Shown: positions 50,623 to 64,000 of the stretch, in pieces
Layout of the letters: every line of letters starts with the position of its first letter
Position numbering within the stretch: position 1 is the first letter of the stretch
From: Podarcis gaigeae
Lineage: Eukaryota
DNA: 64,000 nt
Reading direction: 5' to 3' (one strand)
Assembly: GCA_964106915.2 (NCBI GenBank)
Contig: OZ066925.1
Translations under genes and position numbers: made by a program
Notes under the pieces: model-generated
Database searches by the model: none
What the model was told of the DNA's origin: nothing
Seen by the model: the letters and a program-made list of their open reading frames with translations, nothing else

Positions 50623-52239
50623 TATGTGGAAGTGATAGAAAATGCGTGATGATTGAAATTGTTTTACTAGCAGTTAGAGCTGAACAGCACTGAGAAACCT
50701 ACTGAATATAAACTCTCTCATTTTCATTTGGCAATGCATTGTGCTCCAGTATACAGCAACAAGTTTAAGATCTGAAGCACTGAGTCTTTTGATGAGAGCT
50801 ACAGAGGAAAGCATACTGCTATTGGTGCTTTCATCTATTTTGTTGAGGGGAGAGGGGGAAGCTCTTATTTTTATTGATCCAAGTTTGGTATGATTTCTTT
50901 ACTTATTCTGCATGTTCTCTATATGTTTTCCTAAACACATGGATGTTTGTTGCAATTGTTGCTACAAATCCTAAGCATATGCAAAGCTTTGGTTTCAGTT
51001 CAAATTCCAGTATTAGTAATTGTACTGCCTCCTCGGCCTCTCCAAGCAACATAATTGCGGGCAAACTACCTGTATTCGATTTATGCTTTCCTGATAACCC
51101 TATTATGCCATTCTATCTGTCTTGTTTTCTGAGGTGTAGTTTCTTGGAGAGGTTTGAATCATGCTTGGCTCATTAGTTCACAGCTGTCAGCATTTGCTAT
51201 TGCTAGCATTTAATTCAAGTGTACTTCAGGGGTCAAGAATATATAAAGACTGTTGAGCCACTCTGCCACACTGAGTTTCTGAAATCATAATTTTGAGAAT
51301 CACCTTCACTTTTTCAATCTGAATGCTAAGTTAGGTGATGTACTTAAATGTGGAGTTCTGCAAGTATCCGTTTACATTTTAATGGTCTAGAGATGGCAAA
51401 CTTTCCAATGCTTATCTTAAAGAGGAAGATAAAATTAAGCAGTTTCCTTTGTGCACTGTTACGAAGATGACAAGATTCTCCTCAGTTGGATACTACGGTA
51501 CATGTTTCACTTTTGGTGTTCTCTTTATTCTAGCTTCTGTTGGAGAATTTGATTTTTGTCTGTCTGATTCTTGCCAAAAGGATGTGTATTGATTGCCATC
51601 CTTTTTATATAACCCTAAGAACTGCAAGTTGTATGTTCTGCTGATTGCGAAAAATTTGTCACCACAACGGACACCATGGAGTTGGCATGTTTACTTTGCG
51701 GTCTTCTTCAATGAGTTCTGCAATGCTACAGCTACATGGGTTAAAGCCTAGTGGCACACAACTATACATTTGTTCTGTAGAGACTTTTATATGTTAAACA
51801 AGTCATGTGAACTGGCCTCTACCAAGGCACTGGAAGCACAAATTGCTGTGTGGATTCTTCACTTCGAATCTCTTTAATGGAGGGTGTGTCGTTGACAAAA
51901 AATGATGTTGCGCAGTTATTAACCAGCTGTCTTCAACAACTATGAGTGACTGGATGGCTGGAGTACTGTCACAGTTCTAGCAAATGGAGCAGTGCATACA
52001 CGGATGCCATTCCTGCTATATATAGGTCTTCAGGGATTTCTCTGTGTACCCACCAGAAATCTTTCTGGACTGATCTGTGCTCACAACTGAGAAAGGGAGT
52101 ATGGCTCCATAGTCAGTAATGTTGTTTAATGTAAGGGCATTGCGAGCATGAAAACACTGTACTCTCTATGATATATAATTGTTCTAAACTATTTTTAAAT
52201 GTTCTGTGGATGACTACAGTTGGTATAGTTAGTGTCATC

Positions 52240-52655
52240 AGCACCAGCTGAAGTTTCTGAACAGTCTTCAGAGGCAGCCTCACGTATAACATGTTGCAAT
52301 GATCTAACCTTGAGGTTACCAGAACATAGGTGGCAGAAGTTAGGATATCTCTGTCCAGTTGGGGTGCTGCTGGGCCACCAGCCAAAGCTGGTAGAAGGCA
52401 CTCTGTGCCACTGAGGCCATCTGAACCTTAAGTAATGTCAATTGATTGAGAAGTATCCCCAACCTGTGTATCTGCCCCTTCAGAGAGAGTGTAACACCAT
52501 CAAGAGCAGGCAACCTCCCATCCATCTGGTATAGGGAACCACCCACTAACAGTGACTCAGTCTTAACTGGATTGAGTTTCAGTTTATTGGCTCTTATCCA
52601 GTCAATTACCACTGCAAGGCAACTCACTTTCCAGCACATCCCCTGCCACACCTGA
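52240..52655 (-). mobile_element. L2-clade LINE reverse-transcriptase fragment
   Basis: DWIRANKLKLNPVKTESLLV and LVTSRLDHCNMLYVRLPLKTVQKLQLV motifs in the minus-strand ORFs. Confidence 0.85.
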
Positions 52656-55329
52656 GGGCCCTATCCTCAGGAAAGGCTATGGGGGTTGGAGGCTTGTTTG
52701 GAAGAGAGTTGGAGCTGTTGACTCCAATCTTTGACCTGACCAACTAGAAATTGTAGACCTTTGTTAGCTAGTATGAGCACTAGAGGCGAGATCTAGCAAT
52801 AGATAAGTCTTGAAAGAATATATATATTAAGGCTGAACTTCTAGACACATTTTTTGCTGGTTTAGTGGGATTTCCTGATTCCCTCCTCCATTTTTGCCAA
52901 AACTGGCAACAGTGGCTGTTTGTAATTAGCAATTTGTTGGGCCATTGATTACATAATACTATTCTACATAAAAGTATGGTACCTGGAATGCATAGTTATT
53001 TCTTTGATTTGGAAGACCTGGATTCATATCCCTTGTCTACTTTGGACTTGGAGTGACCTTCCTGTGGTCAGTGAAGTAGTAATAAAACAAATGTATTGGA
53101 AGTAAAATAAGCTTCTTAAATATGAGTAGTCCAAACTTCAAAAGTTGCTTCTTCTAGCTATGTATACTTCAGATGGTATTTGGATCAGTTCCATGAACTC
53201 TGAGTAGTAATAGCCTAGTTCTTTGATCTTAACAGCTGTTTGACAAAGGCTTGTCTTGTCAGTGGTGCAGAGTGACCTGATACTCAAATTAGACATGTCA
53301 TGTAGGTCAAACAGGATTCATCATTACTTTGGCCTAACTGCATCATACTTCAGACTCAGCATTGTGTTTATTTAGCTGACAAGAAGATAAAATATCAATC
53401 CAGAAAAACAATTTTCTGTGCATGTTCTCTTTGCAGATTTTGTTTCTGCTGCTCTTTATGTCTTTTTCCCATTTCTGTTAAAGAAGAAGAAGAAAAAAGC
53501 CAATAATATTGCAGCTGCCACATCCTCAAGGCACTTAATTCAGATTAGTTGCACTGTATATGTTGGATTGCTTCTGAAATAAGTGGTTTGAGGATTGTAG
53601 TCTCTGCTACATTCCCCATGGCACAGACACCATCTGTTCCATTTGCTTCTTGTGGCGGCTTGAGCATAATACATGGATTGCAGCCTCTTTTTCTTATCTT
53701 GAGCTTCTAGGGAAGAATACATTTAGTTACTAGTCCTTTTTCGTAGTATACTTTCTTCAACTTGTGAGTAAAAAATCATCTTGGTCTCCTAGCTAGAAAG
53801 AATGAAAGGTTTAAAAGAATGTTGACATTCTTGGTTGGAGATGGGACACCATGTAACCTCTTAGTTTCTAAGAGCACTTAAATAAACAACTTTTGTGTTT
53901 TTGCTCTTGCATGCTATGGCAGAACCCCAGTGGAACTGCTAATGTGATCCCTAGAGGTTTAATAAACATCAAAGCAGGAAATGTTTACTAGATGCTTTAG
54001 AAGTATTGCATGTTGAAACTCTTGGTTAAAAGCACAATTGGTCAGTGATGAAGCCTTAGTTTACTGAATTGGAATGACTTAAAAAGTGGGATACTAATAT
54101 ACATACAGGGAATTTTTGAAAAGCCTTTTATCCGCGGGAATGGTGGCAGCAGTGGTTACTTGAGCAATATCTTGTTATAAACTACGGTTATTGTCCATAG
54201 AACTGGGGGAAGTTCCATAGTCATAAGAGCTTCTCTCTGTGTTCTCGGCAAGGAATGGAGTCTGTGATTCAACGCCAACCGCTGTGTGCTTGACAACAAT
54301 TTCTAACTAGGTCTAGTACAAAACCATTGTAATGGCTATTTAGGTTATTTTCACCCTGTCTTGCAACTTTAAAAAAAAATCCTCAGGGTAGCTTATGAAA
54401 CACAATATACACAACAGGGATCTGTGCTGCTTTCTTCTCCTGCAGACAGTGAGGGCAGGACCCAGGTGGGTAGTTTGTTCCAGGCAGGCTGACTGCCACT
54501 GTGGGAAGCTATAAACCATTGCTTTCCCTAAGCACCATCACCAGAGGCTGCTTCCTTTCTTCTCTTCACCTGCCCCCTCCCAGGATTCTAGTCCACAGAG
54601 ACATTTCTGAACATTGGGGGGGGGGGTCCTAAATGGAGACTGCACTGGATTGCGTCCAGTCTTGTAGCTCTCTCTAGCCATATTAACACAGCTTTGTTAA
54701 TATACAGCCAAAGATAGCTAACCTGTGGCCCTAGATGGTGTTAGACTATAACTCCTATTACCCTGGCCCACTGACTGTGCTGGTTAAGGATGATGGGAGC
54801 TGGTGTCCCAACGGCATTCAGAGAGCCACAGGCTAACTGCTAATTTAGAATGACATTTACAAGCAGGAGTAAGCCGCAGCAAGCCTTGAACTTGTACCCT
54901 TCCGTTCTCACTATCCTCCAGGAAGAGGCGTTTGGAAGCTTCAGTATTAACCATGGTTAACATGAACCACCACAAGTGAACTTGTGGTTTGTCTGGAGTG
55001 AGATACCACAAGGTTAGGTCTGGACACTAAAGCCAAACCATGACTTAACTGCTGGCTGCATGGCGACAGCAGCAGAAACAAAGCAGCTGTGATTTTTGCC
55101 CCAATCATGTTTCACTCTTGCTCGTTCACACTTCGCAGTGGTTTGAATTGTCCAGTGAAACTCAGCAGAATTCACTTCCAAGGTTTTGATCTTCTTCACA
55201 AATCATCATCTGTCAGTTTAAATTCTGTATTTTAGAGTTATACCCTACATTCACAATTGTATATGGGGTTGAAACACAGATAGCTAAGAGCGTATAAAAG
55301 ATAATAGTTAAAAAGTAATTAAACTACAA

Positions 55330-55680
55330 TAGAATTAAAACAATGTAAAAACAAATCTGTTGAAATGCAGGCAGTAAAAAAACAACAACAGCACAGCACT
55401 ATTAAAAGCCCTTTCCTTAAAAGCAGTCAATTCCCCAAAGCCTGCCAGAGCACGACAAATCTTCACTTGCTGGCAAAAGGACAACAAAAAGGAAGCCAGA
55501 CTAGCCTCCCCATTAATGGAATTCCAAAGTCTGGGAGCAGCCACTGAAAAGGCCCTACCAAATGTGCCTAGACGAGTGATGGGACTGAGAAAAGGGCCTC
55601 ACCCAAAGATCTCAGACCCTGTGCAGGTTCGTAAGGGAGAATATGGTCTTTCAGATAGCCTGGGCCTAAGCCAAACGGAA
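55330..55680 (-). mobile_element. Old L2 3' fragment
   Basis: Minus strand encodes (RAFSV)AAPRLWNS; similar to the other L2 ends. Confidence 0.65.
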
Positions 55681-55963
55681 ATGGAATTGCTGACCACCAG
55701 ATGTAGCAGTGGCCAACCCATTAGATGGTGGATGGGAGAGATTGGTGGTAGAGGTGTGTGGAAACCTCTGGCTTGTAATGTCTACTGAATGTAGCCTACT
55801 GTACAAAGTTAAGAATTGCATCTGTTGCTGTCCTCACTTTTGCCTCTGGCCTTGCCAACTTAATTGCCTCTGGGGACATCCACCACTGTCATGTGACACA
55901 CACCCAACTGTTGCTTGTGCATGAATTTAAAATGTTCCCAACCCCTTGTATTGAAAAACAAAG

Positions 55964-55966
<3 letters not shown>

Positions 55967-56007
<41 letters not shown>

Positions 56008-56021
56008 CGTGCGTGCGCGCA
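55967..56021. repeat. (GT)n-(GC)n alternating purine-pyrimidine tract
   Basis: Direct observation. Confidence 0.9.
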
Positions 56022-56546
56022 TGTACACATGCACTCTTCTTGGAACCAGACTGTGATTTGCTTGTTTTAAAAACGAGGAGTTACACTTCCCTATGAAGGA
56101 CAGTCAGATTAGCTATAGCTTTTATAGATCTGTTGGTTGTCTTGCACGAACTGCTAGGCCTGCTCTGACTTACAACTTTGAAGTAAAAATAAGATTTCCT
56201 TTGCTCAATGTGCATTCGCTTAATACAAAGGGTTTAGGGCAACAATAGATGTTATAGTCTTCCCATCTTAGAAGCTATCTTCTGAATTTTACAAAATAGG
56301 GTTTACTTAACATCTGGATATATGTTATCTAAACATGGAAAAACTTTCCAGACAGTATGCCCAAATTAGATCCTCAAACAGCTGGAGAGTGGTTGCATCT
56401 GGATGTCTGAAAAGATTTTAGATTGAAGTAAGAACACAGATTTAGCATTTTGGCACACTTCAGATAGCTTGGATTCTAAAAGGGATCCCAAAGCATGTGA
56501 ACTGTAATTTTTTTTTAATACAGTTCATAGAACTTATTTTGTACAC

Positions 56547-56628
56547 TAATAATAATAATAATAATAAATAATAAATTTTATTTATATCCCGCCCTCCCCA
56601 GCCGAAGCCGGGCTCAGGGCGGCTAACA
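56547..56628 (-). mobile_element. Severely truncated L2-like 3' tip with (ATT)n tail
   Basis: (AAT)n followed by tttatatcccgccctcccc...cagggcggctaaca. Confidence 0.7.
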
Positions 56629-58014
56629 ATAATCAAATAACTAATAGTTATTATGGTATGTTACAGTTCTTAATTTATCACACACACAAACATGCAGACT
56701 ACATTCACCCTTTTCTGACTTATCAAGGTGGTTATCATCCTCAGATGCCGCTGTGGTTCTTGTGGGCAATGGAGACCTGAAAATGTTTACCAGATTGGTT
56801 AGTCTGGCCAGGGCTTTTGCACAAATGAAGTTGTCTTAGGCAGAGTTGGGCCACTTGCAAAGGTATTTCTCAGTCCTGCTACCTTGAGATCCTTTGAATT
56901 AAAAATCCTGGGCTTTTAGCACACAAAACAATTGCTTTGCCTCTGAACAAAGCATTCTTCCCTAACATACCAAAATTTACCATTATCATATTCAAGACCA
57001 TTTCCTTAGGATATAGGAGGGTTTTATCCCTTATAAAAGTACTCTTTCTGATTTGTAGCAACATAGTACACAGTAACCATTGTTTTTCATGCAAATTGCA
57101 CTTCACCAGATAAGACAAAACCATCGTTCTACACTATGGCACAGAATGGTTCAGCTTTGTCTGGCTCCTCCCAGTCTTCAAAGCCAGGCACCAAAAACCT
57201 TGAAACAATAGAGTCTTCTTCAGTTTCTGTTGACCATCACTTTAATTGAAGATGTGATTTTGAGCAAGGCCTGAGAACAAAGGCTTCTCAAAGCTTGCCT
57301 CGCTGTGCCTGTCTCCATTGTGTTCAGTTCCAAGCTATCTGTATGCAGTTAGGCAAGCTTCTGTGCCATTCATACCTTCTGTAATCGAGTGAGTCTGCTG
57401 GGGGGAAAATGTCAGTTGTGTATGTGATGTAAAATGTCACTTTAGTAGTAAGCAGGAAAAGTTGGAGGTATGCTGAACAGACATAAAGGGATATGAAAAA
57501 AGCTTATTCAGAAAAGGGAAATAATTTTTAAGTTTCTTGGAGGGGGGTGCTAGATCTCCAAATTGGAGTTACAGAGCTGCAGGAATAACTCTGTTGTTAA
57601 CAGTACCTCATTCTGTTTTTAAACACAACAGTTGTAAATTGCCCTGCTTATAAAATTGGTTCTACTGCTATGGATTTGGGAATAAAGGATCTCCTGGGTT
57701 AGGAATATCAACTGGCTTACCATTTTATTTTAAGCATTAAGATGCTGCTCAATCATTTGCATTCTAAGCTACATGCATAAAAACAATCCATAGACAATAA
57801 ACAATTAATGTAACACTACTTTAAAATGTGTGCTGCAAGCCTTAGTCACCCACCTGCACTTCAACAAGGAGGTTACCTGTCTAATCTGAGCTGGGAGACT
57901 TCATAGACTTCATAGACTTGGTCCCACCATTGAAACTATTTTGTTATATCCTGCTCTACTATTGGTTTTCCTTGACGAATCTGCTAATTCAAATTTTCTC
58001 CTCCCCTCACATAG

Positions 58015-58112
58015 ATCAATGAACTGAGCCATGTTCAGATCCCTGTTATGTTGATGCCAGATGACTTCAAAGCATATTCCAAGATAAAAGTGGACAATCA
58101 CCTTTTCAACAA
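58015..58112 (+). CDS. PIP4K2A: PIP4K2A coding exon 2 (98 nt)
   Basis: Acceptor ttttctcctcccctcacatag|ATC; translates [32 protein letters not shown](K); donor AA|GTAAGT; in frame with exon 1. Confidence 0.97.
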
Positions 58113-60120
58113 GTAAGTGAAGCAGTTAGTTGTTTTTAGTTTGGTTTATAATATGGTTTATGTGATTCAGTCATTTGTAACAAGCTTAGACAGTATAGGC
58201 ACGACCTACTGCATTTTTTGTCATATGGCATACAGTTTTCTGTAAGTATCTTATGTCGAACTGTGACTACAAACTTACTGGAACATCTGCATGTCAAAAA
58301 GTGGTATTTGTTAATGCGGGGATGGCCAACATGGTGCCCTCCAGATGTTGTCGTCTTAATGCGCTGCAGAGGGTGATGGGACTGAAGCAATGGCCCATGG
58401 GAACTGCAGCCTCCTTGACAACAGCGAAGGCAGGAACATAATTGCTCTTTCAGTCCTGACGTGCTCTGCAGTGCATCAGGATAACAGAACGGAGGAGGGA
58501 GGAAAAGACCCTTTCTTGCTCCTTCACATCCTGCGTAAAGGAAGGCAATTCAAGAGTAGAGGAGGTTTAGGCCCATTTGCCTCTAGAGTTTTATAATGCG
58601 AGGCTAGCATAGGTCTCTTCTAGAAGTAAATGGGCAACTGGAGCAGTAGTATAATGTATGTCTGATGAAATGGCATCAGATGATGAACTGCATCTTCTGT
58701 GAAGAGCAGCCGCCATTACAGTGCAGTAGACTAGACTTGTCTCACCAGGCATGAAGGCATGAATGTCTCTTTGCTAGGTCTGAGTCCTGCAAATGAGGTT
58801 GGTGCTCTGTCTGAAGTTGCAGGCTCACCGATGGATCCAGGTTCTGCCCCCAGGCTGAGAACCTGCTTAACCAGGGGAAGCTGATGCGGTCAGTGGAAAT
58901 CCTTTCCCTTCCTGCATATCAGGGCCTGCCAACAGCTACTAATGCAGGCTTGCCTGGATTTAATCTTCAAGCAGTTTGCCTGTCACCAACCATGGTGAGG
59001 CACTGGTAAGCACTGGCACCTTAGGACCTTGGTTTCATTAAAGGGGCATGCAAGTCTAGCTAGATGAGCTTAAAGCTATCATAACACTCTAGATTTCCAT
59101 ATGAGCTTACCCGCTGGCCCTGCATGATTCCCTGCAGAGGTTGGAATGGGTGTTTTTGAGATACTAACAGCAAACATCTCTGGCCTTTTGTGCCCCCAAA
59201 TAGCAAAAGAATGCACTTTCATTTTGCAGGCGTTCATTAGGTGCATCCTCCTCATTTCCCTGTTATAACCGACAGTACTAGAAGCTGCCAAAAGAGTTAG
59301 TGCAGTAAACAGCATCCTAATCACTTAGACTACGGGTATCGAACTTGCAACCTTGGCCTTATTCATCATCATGCAGTAACCAACTGAGCTATCCATGTTG
59401 TTCAGCTTCTCTAGTTCTGCATGGTCTGACAGCAGTTCTCCAGATTTTAAAGGAGTTTTTCCTTGTTCCACCAGGAGATACCAGTGATTGGATGTGGCAC
59501 CACTTTTTTGGGGGGGGGGGTATGCAGAGCATGTGTTCTGCCACTGATCTATGAATTCCCCCCCCCCCCTGCCATTGCAAGTTCAGTTTTTGGCAGCCTT
59601 CCTGATTCCTGGCAGCCTTCCTGATGTTTCTGGAATACAACTTCCATGATCCCTGATTATTCTTCATGTTGGCTGGGGCTGATGGGAGTTGGGAGGGCAC
59701 TGGATTAGTTGAGCTGGAAAAAGCCTTTTCTGGAGACTTTGGATTGCTTATCTCAATCTAAGTAGACAACATTAGGCTAGATGGACCAAATGTTGGGCAC
59801 TGCTGTGCTAGGTGTGTTTTTTTTCCTAAATTGCACATGATACAGGCCTCACTTTATCTAGCTAGTTTGGACCTTCTAGGGGAATTCTTGGGCAAAATAT
59901 AACACATTAAGTTCTTGAGCAAAATATGATGTTCGGTTCAGAGGTTTGTTACAGTTCTGTTTAATGCATTTTGATGTAAATTTACAGTGTTCTGTATTAT
60001 AGTAACTGTTGCTGTTTTGGAAGGTACTTGGTCTTGTAGGGGAGAAAGCTTACTTCTGCAGGTTTATCTTTATAAATTCTTAGCAAGTTTCCCCCCCCCC
60101 CCCCAAATCTTCTGTTTCAG

Positions 60121-60217
60121 AGAAAATATGCCAAGCCATTTCAAATTCAAAGAATATTGTCCAATGGTTTTTCGTAATCTGCGAGAGAGGTTTGCAATTG
60201 ATGATCAGGATTTTCAG
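60121..60217 (+). CDS. PIP4K2A: PIP4K2A coding exon 3 (97 nt); gene continues past window end
   Basis: Acceptor tcttctgtttcag|A; translates (K)[32 protein letters not shown]; donor CAG|GTAGGC; phase matches exon 2. Confidence 0.97.
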
Positions 60218-61942
60218 GTAGGCTTTCTACCTTGATAAACAATATTGATGATTTCTAGCTTTACAGGCTGCAAGCAGGAGGGGGAAAGTCTAGGCAAAGA
60301 CCTGATTTGGGATCATTATTTGATGGTAATTAAGTGCCCCTATTTCATGAATGTGCTCTATCACAGCCTGTGGTTGGGACTGCCTGATCCACACTTGATA
60401 CTCGTACTATTAAATTGTGTTGCAGCTGCTATTCCTCCATCAGACCTCTTGCTTATCTTCCCTCCATGCCTGTGGTGATCAGCAGGCCTGACTTTGCCCC
60501 ACGGCAGGAGGGATAACCTTAGGCAACAGCTGATGGAGGAATGAGGATGAAGACCTGAAGAGCAATATCTACAGTTTCTGTGCCTTGGTGTGTAACCTTA
60601 GCAAAACTTTATTAGAGAGATATAAGGAAAGTCCTAACGGCACAGTTTTATCGTCGGAAGTAGGTACACTGTGTTCATATCATCAGAATTTTTTGTTTTG
60701 TTCCACAAGCTTGTTTAGCATGGGCTTCCTTAGAAGTATTCTGAAATCTTAGGTGGGTAACAAATGCTCCTTCCCTCATTGTGGAAATGATTTGCCTTGC
60801 TGACATATTTTTACACTTTTCAGTTTAACTTTCCTTCCATTTGTTTCCTCTCTGTCATTTAATATGGTCCGTGTACAAATACCTGCAGCAATAAAGACTC
60901 CGAGAGCTAGTAAAATAAAAATGTATTTAGCTAAACTACAAGGTTAAGCTAAAAAACCCCCAAACACTAATGTTTAATAAGTGCGATGAAGAATCTTACA
61001 ATAAGCTCCTATATGGATCTGCTTGATTGCCAAGGTCATCTTCGGAGAACCTGCTCAGGGTGCCCACTTCCTGGGGTGAAGGGGGTAGCAGCAAGAAGGA
61101 AGGAGCCACTTCTGACGCCTTGCCCCTGGAACCTCCCTCCCTCGGAACATCTGCCAGGCTCCCTCTTTATTTTTAGAGGACCATGGAAAACACTTTCCCC
61201 CTTAACATTCAAGAGGGTGTGGTCCTTACTGCTGTTTATGCTTCTGTGTCATATCCGTTGGTTTCTTGTGGGTGGTTGTTTTTTTACTGATAAGTCTTAT
61301 GCTTATTTAGATTGAGAAATCATTGTGGCTGAGACGCAGGATACCAATGTGTGGAGAAGGGGTGGCCATTTTGTGAGCTTTTGCCTGGGAGAGTTCCAAA
61401 TCATATATCAGCAGCAAAACCTGTCATGGTATTGGTAAAATGACTCCCAAAGGCAGTGTGTCTAGACTCAGCAACACGTTATGAGAGAAGGCAGTAGCGG
61501 AGAAGTCTTTTCTCATGGTGGCAAAGCAGGTGATTTTGGGGAGCATAAGTGGGGGATCACTGGGTTACTTGAATCCTTTAACACTGACCAACTGCTGATA
61601 TTACGGTAAGGAACTTAACCATCATGTCTGGTCTGCCATCAGTGATCCTGATGAGTCATCCTTAAAATAATGAAGGGGGTTGATAGTTGATGTTTCTCCA
61701 ATTGCCTAAGAGGTTGGGGTTTTAATTTAAAGTATTGCAAAAAGGGCCTTCAAGCTAAAGTTGCCCCGAGGCAACTTGCAAGTGACTTAGACCGAAGGGG
61801 GTGGGACTCATGTATTTAAATAATCTAAATAATCAATGTACATTTTTTCTTAAGAGCTAAGCAATAAGATGTTCCTACACCTTTTCCAACCAGTAGTTCA
61901 TTACTAGCCCCTCCTGGTTCTATGCAATTGGCATTGCTTACA

Positions 61943-62168
61943 CAGTGGTACCTCTGGTTACAAACTTAATTCGTTCCAGAGGTGCGTTCTTAACCTGAAA
62001 CTGTTTTTAACCTGAGGTACCACTTTAGCTAACAAGGCCTCCTGCTGCCGCTGCTCCACCGCTGCACGGTTTCTGTTCTCATCCTGAGGTAAAGTTCTTA
62101 ACACGAGGTACTACTTCCGGGTTAGCGGAGTCTGTAACCTGAAGTGTTTGTAACCCGAGGTACCACTG
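61943..62168. mobile_element. Tigger-like MITE, family A copy 6
   Basis: CAGTGGTACCTCTGGTT...AACCCGAGGTACCACTG|TA. Confidence 0.9.
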
Positions 62169-64000
62169 TATTAATAAGTAATATCTGTTCCCCTCCTTTG
62201 TTGCAAGTTGCAGTATTAGGAATTTCTGGTTCCAAGTAACATTCAGAGAGGCATTCTCCTCAATAGGGGAAATAACGTTTCATCTGAAAACATCGAGCTA
62301 AAATTTTAACAGCTGCAACTTAAATAGAAGCCTTTTCGTCTTGAGAAATGTGTTATTCAGCCAGAAGGGAAACACAAGCACACGCTTGCAACTTCTGCTT
62401 TGCACCTCCCCCCCCCCTTCTGAAATTACCACTTCCTTTTGTTTCACAGTCAGCTGAAGTGCTCTGATAACCACTGCCATTCTGACACACAATATAGTAT
62501 GGCTATAGTAGCATTGCAGATTGAAAAAGGGAGTGCTTGCAAAGGTGCGTGCAAGTCAACTTGCTCCATTCTTCCTTTTTGAAGTACTGAATGTTAACTT
62601 TTTCTACATATTACAATATTTTGGGGTGGGGGGGAGAAGCTGGATTTGTTTCTAGCCCAATGATGTGCACAGATGGCTTCTGTTAAGGCAGCCGAGATGG
62701 TTTACAGAGATAGGAAGTAAGATTGTTTGTCTAACCAGGATATATGCAGCTTCTTTTAACCAGAGCCAAGCTATTGGTCCAGCATTGGCCATTCTGACTG
62801 GTCCATAGAAAGCCAGGCCATTGGTCCATCTAGGTTAGTCTTTCCTTCAACCTTTTCAGACTCGGGCCCCACTTCTAACCCAAACATGCAATTGGTGACC
62901 CATTTCTCAATATTTTACCATATATTTGGATGGTGTTGTGGTGCTCCTGTTGCATTGCAACCTACCTCGGATTCAGGCCGTAACCCACTTGTGGGTCCCA
63001 ACCCACTAGTTGAAACTAGTGGTCCATGCTGACTAGCAGTGACTCTCCAGTGGTTTAGCCACAAGGGACATTTCCAGCCCCATACTAAGATAACAGTCTT
63101 TAAACCTGTGTATCACTTCTCGGCCTTTGGGCTAAGATCAAATGTAGTGTGTAGTTTAATCCTGCGACCTCCTTCTACATGTAAGGCTGATGGTCATACA
63201 ACAGAGCTTTGGTGGCAAATGGATTCTCTCTACACTCATAATTTATAGTAACTCTAATTTCAATTAGTTGAAAAATATGGCTTGCAAATGCCAACCAGAA
63301 TTCATTCTCAGCTATTATCGCTGTTATTGCTGAGCACTGTGCAAGAAGAACATGGGTAAAATGGCACACTTCCTGGTTTGTTTAATAGGGCATGTCGGTG
63401 TAATTAAAACAACTGTTCTCCCCAAATGTCTTTGCTTGGAATCTACAGTAGATGTCCTTGATAAATTGTTCCAGGGGCTAGACATAATGTGTTTGTAACA
63501 TGAACTTTTCAGAATTAGGACTGCGTGTAAGTTGCGGCTGTTACACTCAGATCTGAAATCCATTTTATGGAACGCTTGCAAGCACTGAAGTTTCGGAATC
63601 GCTCCTGCACTTAAAGAAATGAATTGGTGTCTTATTTCCTAACCAGCAGTTCAAATTGTGTGAATTGTTGTGCTTAATCTCTGTATAAGAACAGGGGCAT
63701 CTGGCTCCAGTTACTCTAAATAGTTTAAGCCGAAATTCACAAATGTCCCAAACTCACTCTGTCGTTTGAAATCAAGACGTTCTGGTCTCAGTGGTGTTTC
63801 CTCCAAGTCAGCATGCTTAGAATTGCTTCCTGAATAGTTTTTGAAGGTGCTGCAAAATGTTTTGTTTATTGAAAGTTTATATAACGGGAGAGGGCTAAAT
63901 GGTCTTGATTTTTAGAATGTGCTTGTTAATGTTCTTCACTCCAGTGAGAGACCTAATCAATAGCTGTCAGACCACTGCCATAAAAGTAGGACAGTCATTA

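Noticed and set aside
59987-60120. ORF extending upstream of PIP4K2A exon 3
   Set aside because: Intronic open frame; the canonical acceptor at 60120 and exon phases explain the true exon.

Overview
Vertebrate genomic DNA, almost certainly a squamate and most likely a lacertid lizard (inferred from Sauria SINEs, BovB and squamate-type hAT/Tc1-mariner MITEs). The only protein-coding gene I can support is PIP4K2A on the + strand: CpG-island promoter at about 38.8-39.7 kb and coding exons 1-3 at 39374-39514, 58015-58112 and 60121-60217; the gene continues beyond the window. A second CpG-rich promoter at about 7.1-7.5 kb has an RFX X-box and NRF1, YY1 and GC-box motifs and appears to fire on the - strand. 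By vertebrate synteny it is probably the promoter of the ciliary gene ARMC3, but I found no ARMC3 coding exon here. The rest is intergenic or intronic and dense in transposons (Sauria SINEs, tRNA SINEs, MIR-like SINEs, L2, CR1, BovB, solo LTRs, many MITEs, several nested), with a few repeat-free stretches that look like enhancers. Nearly all ORFs in the supplied track are spurious or repeat-derived. Most interesting: (1) two diverged LTR-like elements sharing an acidic + 'PRTRRG...SLRL' peptide motif; (2) an in-frame poly-Ser uORF separated from PIP4K2A by one TAG; (3) a solo LTR carrying a full X-box upstream of the putative ciliary promoter; (4) a bipartite mini-BovB; (5) a 184-bp YY1/ETS palindrome near the PIP4K2A promoter. 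No clearly novel gene system is demonstrable from sequence alone.
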